A DNA stretch of 33,025 nucleotides from an uncultured archaeon. Lineage in GTDB: Archaea; Aenigmatarchaeota; Aenigmatarchaeia; Aenigmatarchaeales; SZUA-1535. The stretch lies in the NCBI GenBank assembly GCA_964594175.1, contig CAZQLM010000001.1, positions 1 through 33,025 of the forward strand, written 5' to 3'. The notes beneath the pieces are model-generated. The model was not told where the DNA came from. It saw only the letters and a program-made list of their open reading frames with translations, and ran no database searches. A program made the translations under genes and the position numbers. Below are positions 26,501-32,796 of the stretch, one piece after another; the first letter of the stretch is position 1; each line of letters opens with the position of its first letter.

Positions 26501-27135
26501 ATTCATTTACGGTAAACTTTACCATACCAAAAAACGCAAAACTCGGAAAAAGGGAAATAACTTTCAAGGTGTATTCCAAAAATTTATCTAAAAGTGTTAA
26601 GGCTACTCTTGAAATTCTTCCTTCAGAAGAATACAAAATGAATGTTGAGCAAAACCTTACAATAGCAAAAGAAATTTATGAAAACCTCACAGTTTTATAT
26701 AACGAATATGTAGAAAGGGGAATTGAAAACAAAACGATTAATTCTACGCTTCTTTCCATTCAATCCCTAATTGTTCAAGCTGAAAGTTTGATAAAAGCTA
26801 ACGACTATCAATCTGCAGCGAGCATAATATCCTCTGCATTAACTCTCTTGCAGAGGGCAAAAACCCAGATTCAGAGCTTGGAAGAGATTGCAAAAAAGAA
26901 AGAAAGAGAAAGCACGTTCATGACGCTTGGCATTATTCTTATAATTTTCGGTGTTTGCCTAATCGTATACTTATTACTTCCTCCACCGCACGGCTATGAG
27001 CCAGAAAGAGGTTTTCGTTACGTTCCACCACATCACAGAGGAAAGCCAAAATTGAAAAGATTGGTAGAGGAAATTAAACATAAATGTAAAATCATAAAGA
27101 AAAAAATAAAACAACTGAAAAAGAGCGAGGTTTAA
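23524..27135 (+). CDS. Large cell-surface (S-layer-like) glycoprotein candidate with a C-terminal membrane anchor
   Basis: 1203 aa from ATG 23524.
- Signal peptide: MRKKEILLTLGIFAMLLQAAFS
- Long beta-rich body with ~60 N-x-S/T sequons (manual count)
- Ser/Thr/Gln/Glu linker: SSSSSQEEETTQETQQTTQQQEEEEEEE
- CARDB/NEW3-like module: ..SWVKISNPVSLSAEETHSFTVNFTIPKNAKLGKREITFKV..
- Coiled segment
- TM helix: TFMTLGIILIIFGVCLIVYLLL
- Basic tail. Confidence 0.85.
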   Translation: MRKKEILLTLGIFAMLLQAAFSSWVSSTTGEFKVSPSVVYINWTDTSGLGAYTANISVNNTKDYNITIEILNYSANAVLAPVFDLDVENISYCYFIGERNDTKNKYTCINFSVIPSNEVLVENNSVKNFTLKLEYLPTEYPGRYRNFVNLPIINKTNSTENVSIIVYVDIPVNFTQERHVKIGKYSTAGNYMTYEIPANNAGKQDAHFYYFNASEIANASAIFVNISSSKLAMFLFDEYENFLENSANTSTGKHELLYSPEELPKDRYLKLYIYGNDTQPISYEAFISIFAIQALNASDLSQSFGYNKQMPFVINFSAGENNFTSVFVLKNKGNYNYSNVAESKRVELIYEFTSQTGNNTHYFIVPSSTQDIHAELIFNDTNANYSLFLKDYNGNVLRSAYYTKGYYEEIVNKSRVELSYQASLSPGKYSIEVVNISGNAEYNLTIYLNLSSSDFVSTNYSSYSSKDFREFGIENDSKIVSFNFTLPSTSIPGIYKVTLTYRENNGKGAGIKIPIFVKAVGTNFLVDKKLQNQITLTATQNLERNVKFNLSFIIENFGNYNITDVFINFTNLTLSTSSGVYYANITAIYINDTKYSQAFTIQNDSQINVTIEILVNKTKASQEGIYQGYVLLNMSNSKFKVKPYDYLNVTIKLNMTKWLIVKSASLSPSSVNVSVSAKNVTLTFKVYYANNSAIVAGEIGLNNILSIILVHKNLTTRVKNVTSTKSFAEGTTIWSSPVYKLNISIPRKMWGGYYDVIFNFTTKDTNRLVGKGKTLLAVQDEALAVDVLYPSQSLSMQNGTEKWLNISITNYGLDNIANAQLKIESNLIQEVTFSSKTGDCNVDSVSNKVITFDINAQKSCNISMKIKASGSSGSGTVYLKGASGLWIKNDSFQLTVTAPSSSSSQEEETTQETQQTTQQQEEEEEEEVWISDFKFISYPSLISIEQGKSKIVSVSVKNTGNLTLVNLSLVVENIESSWVKISNPVSLSAEETHSFTVNFTIPKNAKLGKREITFKVYSKNLSKSVKATLEILPSEEYKMNVEQNLTIAKEIYENLTVLYNEYVERGIENKTINSTLLSIQSLIVQAESLIKANDYQSAASIISSALTLLQRAKTQIQSLEEIAKKKERESTFMTLGIILIIFGVCLIVYLLLPPPHGYEPERGFRYVPPHHRGKPKLKRLVEEIKHKCKIIKKKIKQLKKSEV

Positions 27136-27917
27136 ACATTCATAGAAACACGAAGCATATTTCTTGTTCCAAGAGCAAAGCCAAGTGTTATTATTATGAA
27201 TTTCAAATAATTTTTCAGATTTTCATTTTCCGAGTATTTGTCTATCATAAGCACGGCAACAAAGCTTAGAAAAAATTTTACAGGAACGAAAATCCATGTG
27301 CCGAAACTTTCCATAAGCCAAGAACTCAGAACATGCTGCTCTCCGTACCCGAAAAGTTCGATTGAGACAAAAGCTGAACAAGCGTCAAGAAGCTGAGCAC
27401 TTACAGCAATAGGGCTCAGAACACTTTGGCTTTTGATAATTTTAAATAGAAAAAATGAAAGGGTAGCCAGCACTCCCCATAGAGCGAGAATGTAAATTAA
27501 TGCTTCGAAATTGGTAATCTGTACTAAAAATAAATGAAAAATTAGCAATACTACTCCAAATACTGTTAAAATAAAATTTTCATTTTTTTTCATTTTTTCG
27601 GCCAATTTTTTCGAAATAAGAACAAATGAAAATACAAGAACAAACATAAAAAAATAAATTGGTGGAGAAACGAAAAGCACACTTGTGTAAATTATTTGAG
27701 CGTCTCTCAATGCCCTTATAACTCCACCCAAAAATATAAATGGTAAAAGTGCGAAAACAAACTCTTCTGTGAATTTTATTTTCATTCTTTCGCAAAGCTT
27801 GTAAACTAGATACAAAGACACAAGAAAAATAGCAGCATAAGTAAGAGTTGCTGGGAGAGTGTAATATTTACCAAGAGGCTCTACATAATACCTGAGAAAA
27901 AAATCACCAATATTCAT
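27132..27917 (-). CDS. Polytopic membrane protein (possibly archaeal DUF63 family)
   Basis: 261 aa with ~7 hydrophobic helices. The DUF63 assignment rests only on recollection of size and N-terminal character. Its stop overlaps the stop of the surface protein gene by 4 nt in convergent orientation. Confidence 0.6.
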   Translation of the reverse strand: MNIGDFFLRYYVEPLGKYYTLPATLTYAAIFLVSLYLVYKLCERMKIKFTEEFVFALLPFIFLGGVIRALRDAQIIYTSVLFVSPPIYFFMFVLVFSFVLISKKLAEKMKKNENFILTVFGVVLLIFHLFLVQITNFEALIYILALWGVLATLSFFLFKIIKSQSVLSPIAVSAQLLDACSAFVSIELFGYGEQHVLSSWLMESFGTWIFVPVKFFLSFVAVLMIDKYSENENLKNYLKFIIITLGFALGTRNMLRVSMNV

Positions 27918-28019
27918 GAATTTAGTTAAAAGTAATAACTTAAATATTTGTTTTCCAGAAAATCATAAGTATGGCTTTCTGCTAGTAAAAGTTAAATAAA
28001 ATTGCATACAAAAAAATTT

Positions 28020-28535
28020 ATGCCAGACTTTTTCGAAGTCGTGAAAAAAAGAAGAAGTATAAGAAGATACCTGCAAAAAGATGTTGAAGAAGAAAAAATA
28101 AAAACAATTTTAGAGCATGCAATAGTTTGCCAGAGTGCTGGAAATTTACAGAGCTATGAAATCTTTGTGATAAAAAATAAAAAAATTAAACTTGATTTAG
28201 CAAAAGCTGCTTTGAATCAAATGTTCATTGCCCAAGCTCCTGTTGTTTTTGTTGTTTGCGCAAATCAGGAAAAAGCTGCAAGATATTATGGCAAGCGCGG
28301 ATACGAACTTTATGCGATAAACGATGCGAGCATAGTTGCTACACATATAGAGCTTATAGCCTGTGCTATTGGATTAGCAAGCTGTTGGGTTGGAGCATTT
28401 GATGAGGAAAGGGTTAAAGAGATTCTTAACTTGCCAGAGGGGATAAAACCTATAGCTATTATACCTTGCGGTTATCCTGCAGAAAGACCAAAAATGCCAA
28501 GCAAAAGAAAAGATATGATTCGAATAATAGAGTAA
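28020..28535 (+). CDS. Nitroreductase-family flavoprotein
   Basis: The N-terminus is FFEVVKKRRSIRRY, followed by ..AIVCQSAGNLQSYE.., ..ASCWVGAFDE.. and ..PIAIIPCGYPAE... This is the classic nitroreductase fold signature. ATG 28020 is preferred over TTG 28002. Confidence 0.85.
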   Translation: MPDFFEVVKKRRSIRRYLQKDVEEEKIKTILEHAIVCQSAGNLQSYEIFVIKNKKIKLDLAKAALNQMFIAQAPVVFVVCANQEKAARYYGKRGYELYAINDASIVATHIELIACAIGLASCWVGAFDEERVKEILNLPEGIKPIAIIPCGYPAERPKMPSKRKDMIRIIE

Positions 28536-28566
28536 TAAATAAAAAAATTTCTGTGAAAGTCTTTTC

Positions 28567-29022
28567 ATGGTTACTCGAAGAGAATTTATAAAAGGAATTG
28601 GCAAAGCGTTTGCTTATGTGTATTGTATAAACGATTTCTTTAACGCACTCCTTCAGCTGGAAAATTTTCAATTCTCATTTTTTGATTTTTTTAATCCATT
28701 TTACTCTCATAATAGTGAAATAGTTAAAAGGGCTATTGAAGCTAAAGAAATTGAAATAACAATATATGATATAAATCCTACAGAAAATGAAAAAATAAAC
28801 TTTAAAAAATTAGAAGAAATTATCAAAGCACTCGATGATTTTGAGTTATATGTGAATTATGAACCTATATTTATAGATAAAGAAGTTGTAGATGATTTTT
28901 CCAAGAAAATAAATGTTCTCACAAACAAAATTAAAAATTTAATTCACCAAAATAATTTTAAAGAAGCAAAGAATGTTTCTAAAAACTTTCTAATGAGATT
29001 GGGGCATGTGTTGAGAATTTAA
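28567..29022 (+). CDS. Hypothetical protein with a twin-arginine-like N-terminus (151 aa)
   Basis: MVTRREFIKGIGKAFAYVYC resembles the Tat consensus S/T-R-R-x-F-L-K, but the hydrophobic region is short. The rest is Lys/Glu/Asn-rich with no recognised domain. It may be the remnant 5' part of the downstream metzincin gene. Confidence 0.5.
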   Translation: MVTRREFIKGIGKAFAYVYCINDFFNALLQLENFQFSFFDFFNPFYSHNSEIVKRAIEAKEIEITIYDINPTENEKINFKKLEEIIKALDDFELYVNYEPIFIDKEVVDDFSKKINVLTNKIKNLIHQNNFKEAKNVSKNFLMRLGHVLRI

Positions 29023-29107
29023 TGAAATATAGGGCAGGCAGATTTCAAAGAACACAATAAACATTTTCTTCTCAGATTTTCACTTTAAAGATAGTGGAGG
29101 TTTTTAT

Positions 29108-29347
29108 TTGAACGAGTTTGATAAAAATATAGTATTTTTGAAAAGAGATAACGAACTGAATGAAAGCTTCATAGCCCATGAAATAGGACACGCGCTAGGT
29201 TTGCCTCATACAATTATAATACCAGATGTTATGAGTTATGCTCCTTCAAATTATTTAATAGAAAAAGTGTTTGATTTAAATTTTTTTGGTCCAGAATCGA
29301 AACTAAACTGGTATAAAGTAAAAATTAATTATAAGAACTCAGAGTAA
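29108..29347 (+). CDS. Metzincin-type zinc metallopeptidase catalytic core, probably N-terminally truncated or disrupted
   Basis: HEIGHALGLPH matches HExxHxxGxxH and is followed by the Met-turn DVMSYAP. The only possible start is TTG 29108. The same frame is open and protein-like back to the TAG at 29030-29032 (GRQISKNTINIFFSDFHFKDSGGFY..). Confidence 0.6.
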   Translation: MNEFDKNIVFLKRDNELNESFIAHEIGHALGLPHTIIIPDVMSYAPSNYLIEKVFDLNFFGPESKLNWYKVKINYKNSE

Positions 29348-29386
29348 TAACGCAAGCAAAAGAAAAGATGTCATACATTTTATTGA

Positions 29387-29680
29387 CTAAGCTATCTTTT
29401 TTATTTTTTCCAAATCTTTTTCCAAAATCTTTTCTATGTCTATTCCGTAATAATCGGCAATAGCTACGAGAAAAATTATAGCATCTGCTATCTCTTCTGC
29501 TATTTTCTCTTTTCTCGTTTCAGATCTACCAATTTTTTCATTGACAAGTTCTCTTGCAATTTCTCCAATTTCTTCTACCAAATGTATAAATAAGTGTTCG
29601 GAATCCATTTTTGTGTTTTTAGTTTTACTAAAAATTTCAAAAACTTTTTTGACCTCTTGCTGAAATTCTTTAATATTCAT
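29387..29680 (-). CDS. MazG-like nucleotide pyrophosphohydrolase (all-alpha NTP-PPase)
   Basis: 97 aa. LVEEIGEIARELVNE and EEIADAIIFLVAIADYYGIDIE carry the EExxE..ExxD metal-binding helices of the MazG superfamily. Confidence 0.8.
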   Translation of the reverse strand: MNIKEFQQEVKKVFEIFSKTKNTKMDSEHLFIHLVEEIGEIARELVNEKIGRSETRKEKIAEEIADAIIFLVAIADYYGIDIEKILEKDLEKIKKIA

Positions 29681-29731
29681 AATTTATGGTTCCTCACATA
29701 TTTTTATAAGCTTATACAAAAATCTCTTATC

Positions 29732-30274
29732 ATGGAGGTAAGAGATAAGTGGTACCGTTTGCTTCATCCAAAGATAGCATTACTTTTAGTGGTGGATAGC
29801 AATGTAATGACTCTTGCCTGGGCAATGCCTGTGGATGATGAAGCAAATGTTCTTGCGATTTCTATGTGGAAGGGGAATTATAGCTATGAGCTTGTGGAAA
29901 AGAAAAGAGAGTTTGTGCTCTGTGTTCCTACAAGTAACATGCTTAAAGAAGTTTGGTTTTGCGGAACAAAAAGTGGAAGAGACGTGAATAAAATAAAAAC
30001 TCTTAATCTCGAGCTTGAGAAAGGCGTGAAAATAAAAACTCCGCATCTGAAACACTGCGCTGGTTTTCTCGAGTGTAAGGTTATAGATTCTATTTCACGG
30101 GAAGAATTTGGAGAGCACGTTGTTTACTTTGCTCGCGTGCTGTATGCATGGGTAGATGAAAATCTTTTCGATAAAACTTGGAAGGAAGGTGCAAAGATTT
30201 TAATGCACGCTGGAAGCGTGCTTTTTACTACACCTTCAAAGTTCTTAAATGCGAAATTAAGTAAGAAAATTTAA
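29732..30274 (+). CDS. Flavin reductase-like FMN-binding protein (flavoredoxin family)
   Basis: 180 aa from ATG 29732. ..LLHPKIALLLVV..NVMTLAWAMPV.. and ..CGTKSGRDVNK.. match the flavin reductase-like domain pattern. TTTTTATAAG lies 22 nt upstream, so the transcript is likely leaderless. The longer track ORF from 29594 would overlap the MazG gene on the other strand. Confidence 0.8.
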   Translation: MEVRDKWYRLLHPKIALLLVVDSNVMTLAWAMPVDDEANVLAISMWKGNYSYELVEKKREFVLCVPTSNMLKEVWFCGTKSGRDVNKIKTLNLELEKGVKIKTPHLKHCAGFLECKVIDSISREEFGEHVVYFARVLYAWVDENLFDKTWKEGAKILMHAGSVLFTTPSKFLNAKLSKKI

Positions 30275-30278
30275 ATTT

Positions 30279-31694
30279 TCAAACTTTTTTCCTTACCTTT
30301 GGTCCATGAGGAGTATCTTCTACCTCGTATCCCATTGCTCTAATCTTTTCTCTTATAGCATCTGCCTCTTTATAGCGTTTTTCTTTGCGAAGCTTTTCTC
30401 TTTCTTCAAGTAATTTTTTAATTTTTTCGGGAATTCTAAAAATTAAAGCTTTTTTTAAGTTGAGCCCGAGCACCTTATCAAGATCGAGCATCGCTTCTAT
30501 TATTTCTCTGGCATTCTTTTTTGGAATTTTATTTTCATCAATAAGTTTGTTTACTGCGTGTACAAAATCAAAAAGTACAGCAAAAGCTTCTGGTGTGTTT
30601 AAATCATCTGCCAAAGCTTTTAGAAACTTTTCTTTCATTTTCTCAAGACTCTCTGATATGGTTTTATCATAGCCTTTTTTATTAATTTTTTTAAGTCTTT
30701 GCAAAAAGTTTATTAGCGATTCAAGATTTCTTTCTGCCTGCTTTAGAGCTTCAAAAGTGAAGTTGAGTTGCTTTCTATAATGCCCAGAAAGGAAAAGTAA
30801 CCTAATAGCAAGCGGGTTATAACCTTTGTTAAGTATATCTCTTAATGTGTAAAAATTTCCAAGAGATTTTGACATTTTTTTCCCATTTACAAGTATGTGC
30901 TCGCAATGCACCCAAAAGCGAGAAAATTGCTTTCCTGTATAAGCTTCGCTTTGTGCAATTTCATTTTCATGATGCGGAAATATTAAATCTACCCCACCAG
31001 AGTGTATATCAATTGTTTTTCCTAAATATTTCATTGCTATTACACTACATTCTATATGCCATCCAGGCCTACCTTTACCCCAAGGAGAAATCCAATAAAT
31101 TTTTCGCTTTATTTCTTCTGGTGTTGAAGCCTTCCATAAAGCGAAATCTGCAGGATTTTCTTTTCCGTATTCGTCAACATCAACTCTTGCTCCTGGTTTC
31201 AGCTTTGAAAGCTTTATTTTCGAAAGCTTCCCGTAATCTTTGAACTTTTTTATTGAGAAATACACACTTCCTTCACGAACGTAGGCAAAGCCTTTTCTTA
31301 CAAGTGCCTTTACCACTTTTATCATTTCAGGAATTTCACTTGTAGCTGGAACGAGCTTTGTTGGAGGTTTTATATTTAAAGCTTTCATATCTTTAAGGAA
31401 TTCTTTTGTGTAAAATTTCGTAAGTTTTTTCAGGCTCCATCCAAGTTCTTTAGAACGGTTTATTGTTTTATCGTCTATATCAGTAGTGTTCATTACATGC
31501 TTTACTTCATAACCGAAATATTCAAGCACGCGCTTAAGCAAGTCTTGCCTTACATAAGTTGCAAAATTTCCAATGTGGGCGTAATCGTAGACTGTTGGGC
31601 CGCATGTATAGTAAAGCACAGTTTTACCCTTTAGTGGTTTGAAAATTTCTTTTTTCCTCGTTAAGGTGTTGAAAAGCTTTACCTTTATTTTCAC
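30279..31694 (-). CDS. cysS: Cysteinyl-tRNA synthetase
   Basis: 471 aa. It has class I HIGN (YAHIGNF) and KMSKS motifs and a WHIECS zinc/cysteine-binding region. Its start overlaps the stop of the upstream ThiI-like gene by 4 nt. Confidence 0.95.
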   Translation of the reverse strand: MKIKVKLFNTLTRKKEIFKPLKGKTVLYYTCGPTVYDYAHIGNFATYVRQDLLKRVLEYFGYEVKHVMNTTDIDDKTINRSKELGWSLKKLTKFYTKEFLKDMKALNIKPPTKLVPATSEIPEMIKVVKALVRKGFAYVREGSVYFSIKKFKDYGKLSKIKLSKLKPGARVDVDEYGKENPADFALWKASTPEEIKRKIYWISPWGKGRPGWHIECSVIAMKYLGKTIDIHSGGVDLIFPHHENEIAQSEAYTGKQFSRFWVHCEHILVNGKKMSKSLGNFYTLRDILNKGYNPLAIRLLFLSGHYRKQLNFTFEALKQAERNLESLINFLQRLKKINKKGYDKTISESLEKMKEKFLKALADDLNTPEAFAVLFDFVHAVNKLIDENKIPKKNAREIIEAMLDLDKVLGLNLKKALIFRIPEKIKKLLEEREKLRKEKRYKEADAIREKIRAMGYEVEDTPHGPKVRKKV

Positions 31695-32356
31695 TTTATC
31701 ACCTCCTTGAACTCTTCAGGAGATTTTATAAAACAAGCTTCTTCGATGATTTTCGCTATTAATTTTTCTACCTCTATTTCTTTGAAAATTTTTTCGACTT
31801 TTTCATAGGAAGCCATTGTTACAGGGTAGCGAGGTACATATCTGCATGTTCCCACGTGCCTTTCTACTCCCAATCCAAACCTTCTTGCAAGCTTTACTAT
31901 TTCTTCTTTGTCAAAGCAGAGCAAAGGATGCAGCACAGCATGCCTTACTCCAAAATGCGTTGCTTGCATGTTGTAAATTGTTTGCGATGCTTTTTGTGCA
32001 AGAACTTCACCGGTAGCGATGGCTTTGCAGTTGAGCCTTTCGCAGAGTAAATCGCAAGCAAAGAGCATGCTCTTCCTGCAGAGCACACAAATGTATTTTC
32101 TTTTAACTCTGAGAGAAAGTTCTTTAAGCACGGTAGAAAAATTTACAATAACCATTTTTTTAATTTTAATCCTTTCCCAAATACTTTCAAGAATTTCCTG
32201 AAGAGTTTGGGTGTATTTCCTGGGAAAAACTTTTTCCAGAGAAAAATGTACAGGTGTTACTTTGTAAACTTTTGAAAGAAGTTTCATAGCCACTGGGCTA
32301 TCTATACCACCTGAAAACATGAAAAGAATTTTGGAGCCGCGGGGGAGATTTTCCAT
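31691..32356 (-). CDS. thiI: ThiI-like PP-loop ATPase (tRNA 4-thiouridine/thiamine sulfurtransferase core) lacking the N-terminal ferredoxin-like and THUMP domains
   Basis: It has the PP-loop FSGGIDSPVA, ..ATGEVLAQKASQT.., ..LHPLLCFDKEEIV.. and CRYVPRYPVT. Start ATG 32356 gives MENLPRGSKILFMFSGG. The track ORF extends to 32476 only by reading through the tRNA-Cys gene. Confidence 0.82.
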   Translation of the reverse strand: MENLPRGSKILFMFSGGIDSPVAMKLLSKVYKVTPVHFSLEKVFPRKYTQTLQEILESIWERIKIKKMVIVNFSTVLKELSLRVKRKYICVLCRKSMLFACDLLCERLNCKAIATGEVLAQKASQTIYNMQATHFGVRHAVLHPLLCFDKEEIVKLARRFGLGVERHVGTCRYVPRYPVTMASYEKVEKIFKEIEVEKLIAKIIEEACFIKSPEEFKEVIK

Positions 32357-32438
32357 TTCAAGAGAGTTGGACTCCCTTATATTTGAACTCCCGTCAACCG
32401 GTCTGCAGCCGGTCGCATAGCCCCTCTGCCACCGCGGC
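32332..32438 (-). tRNA. tRNA-Cys (anticodon GCA) with a ~33-nt intron in the T-loop, CCA encoded
   Basis: Minus-strand read: GCCGCGG-TG-GCAG-AGGGGCT-ATGC-G-ACCGG-CTGCAGA-CCGGT-TGAC-GGGAG-TTCAAAT-[33 nt]-CTCCC-CCGCGGC-T-CCA. It has a perfect acceptor stem and anticodon stem and a U73 discriminator. It is a GC-rich island in AT-rich DNA. Confidence 0.8.
32348..32380 (-). other. Putative non-canonical tRNA intron (T-loop, about position 59/60) of tRNA-Cys
   Basis: ATAAGGGAGTCCAACTCTCTTGAAATGGAAAAT must be removed to join T-loop TTCAAAT to the T-stem strand CTCCC. The boundaries can slide by 1-2 nt. There is an internal hairpin AAGGGAGT/ACTCTCTT. Confidence 0.6.
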
Positions 32439-32796
32439 ATGAGTAAAAAATTACTATCCAAAGCAAAGATATTCACCTTTCACAATACCACCTCACATAG
32501 GAATTAACAGGAATAATTTATAAATCTGATGGCAGTAGTTTTTATAAAACCTGAAATTAGAAAATCTGGCATGTGGAATGGATTGTAAATGAACCGTGGG
32601 TGTAAGCTTCAAAGTAATGCAGAGATAGAATTCGTTGTGGATGGTGAGTTTTTTTCGTGATTTCGAAATCGAGATTTTAAAGCTTTACAAAAGCGGAAAA
32701 GTTAGGATTGCTCAAAGAAATTTTTTACCGAGATTCGATTGGACCAACAATTCCCTTTTGAATAGCTGCGCGTTTTAAATGGTCCCGCGGGCCGGA

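Noticed and set aside
29594-29731. A 46-codon N-terminal extension of the flavin reductase-like ORF.
   Set aside because: It lies antisense to the MazG-like gene and consists of low-complexity Phe/Lys/Asn sequence. A TATA element at 29701-29710 places transcription start near ATG 29732.
32357-32476. The N-terminal 40 codons of the 261-aa track ORF (MNIFALDSNFLLMPRWQRGYATGCRPVDGSSNIRESNSLE).
   Set aside because: This stretch is the tRNA-Cys gene and its upstream spacer read as protein. It has a GC-rich tRNA sequence and no similarity to ThiI N-termini. The CDS was trimmed to ATG 32356.
32641-32778. A 45-aa ORF (MVSFFRDFEIEILKLYKSGKVRIAQRNFLPRFDWTNNSLLNSCAF) between the two intron-containing tRNA genes.
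   Set aside because: It has no SD or clear TATA and no recognisable motif, and it ends 2 nt from the tRNA-Tyr 3' end. The evidence is insufficient to call a gene.
32477-32779. The spacer between tRNA-Cys and tRNA-Tyr, scanned for a further structured RNA or a C/D sRNA (ctgatgg ... cctga).
   Set aside because: The box sequences are imperfect (TGATGG), the spacing is wrong, and the region is not GC-enriched like the other RNA genes here.
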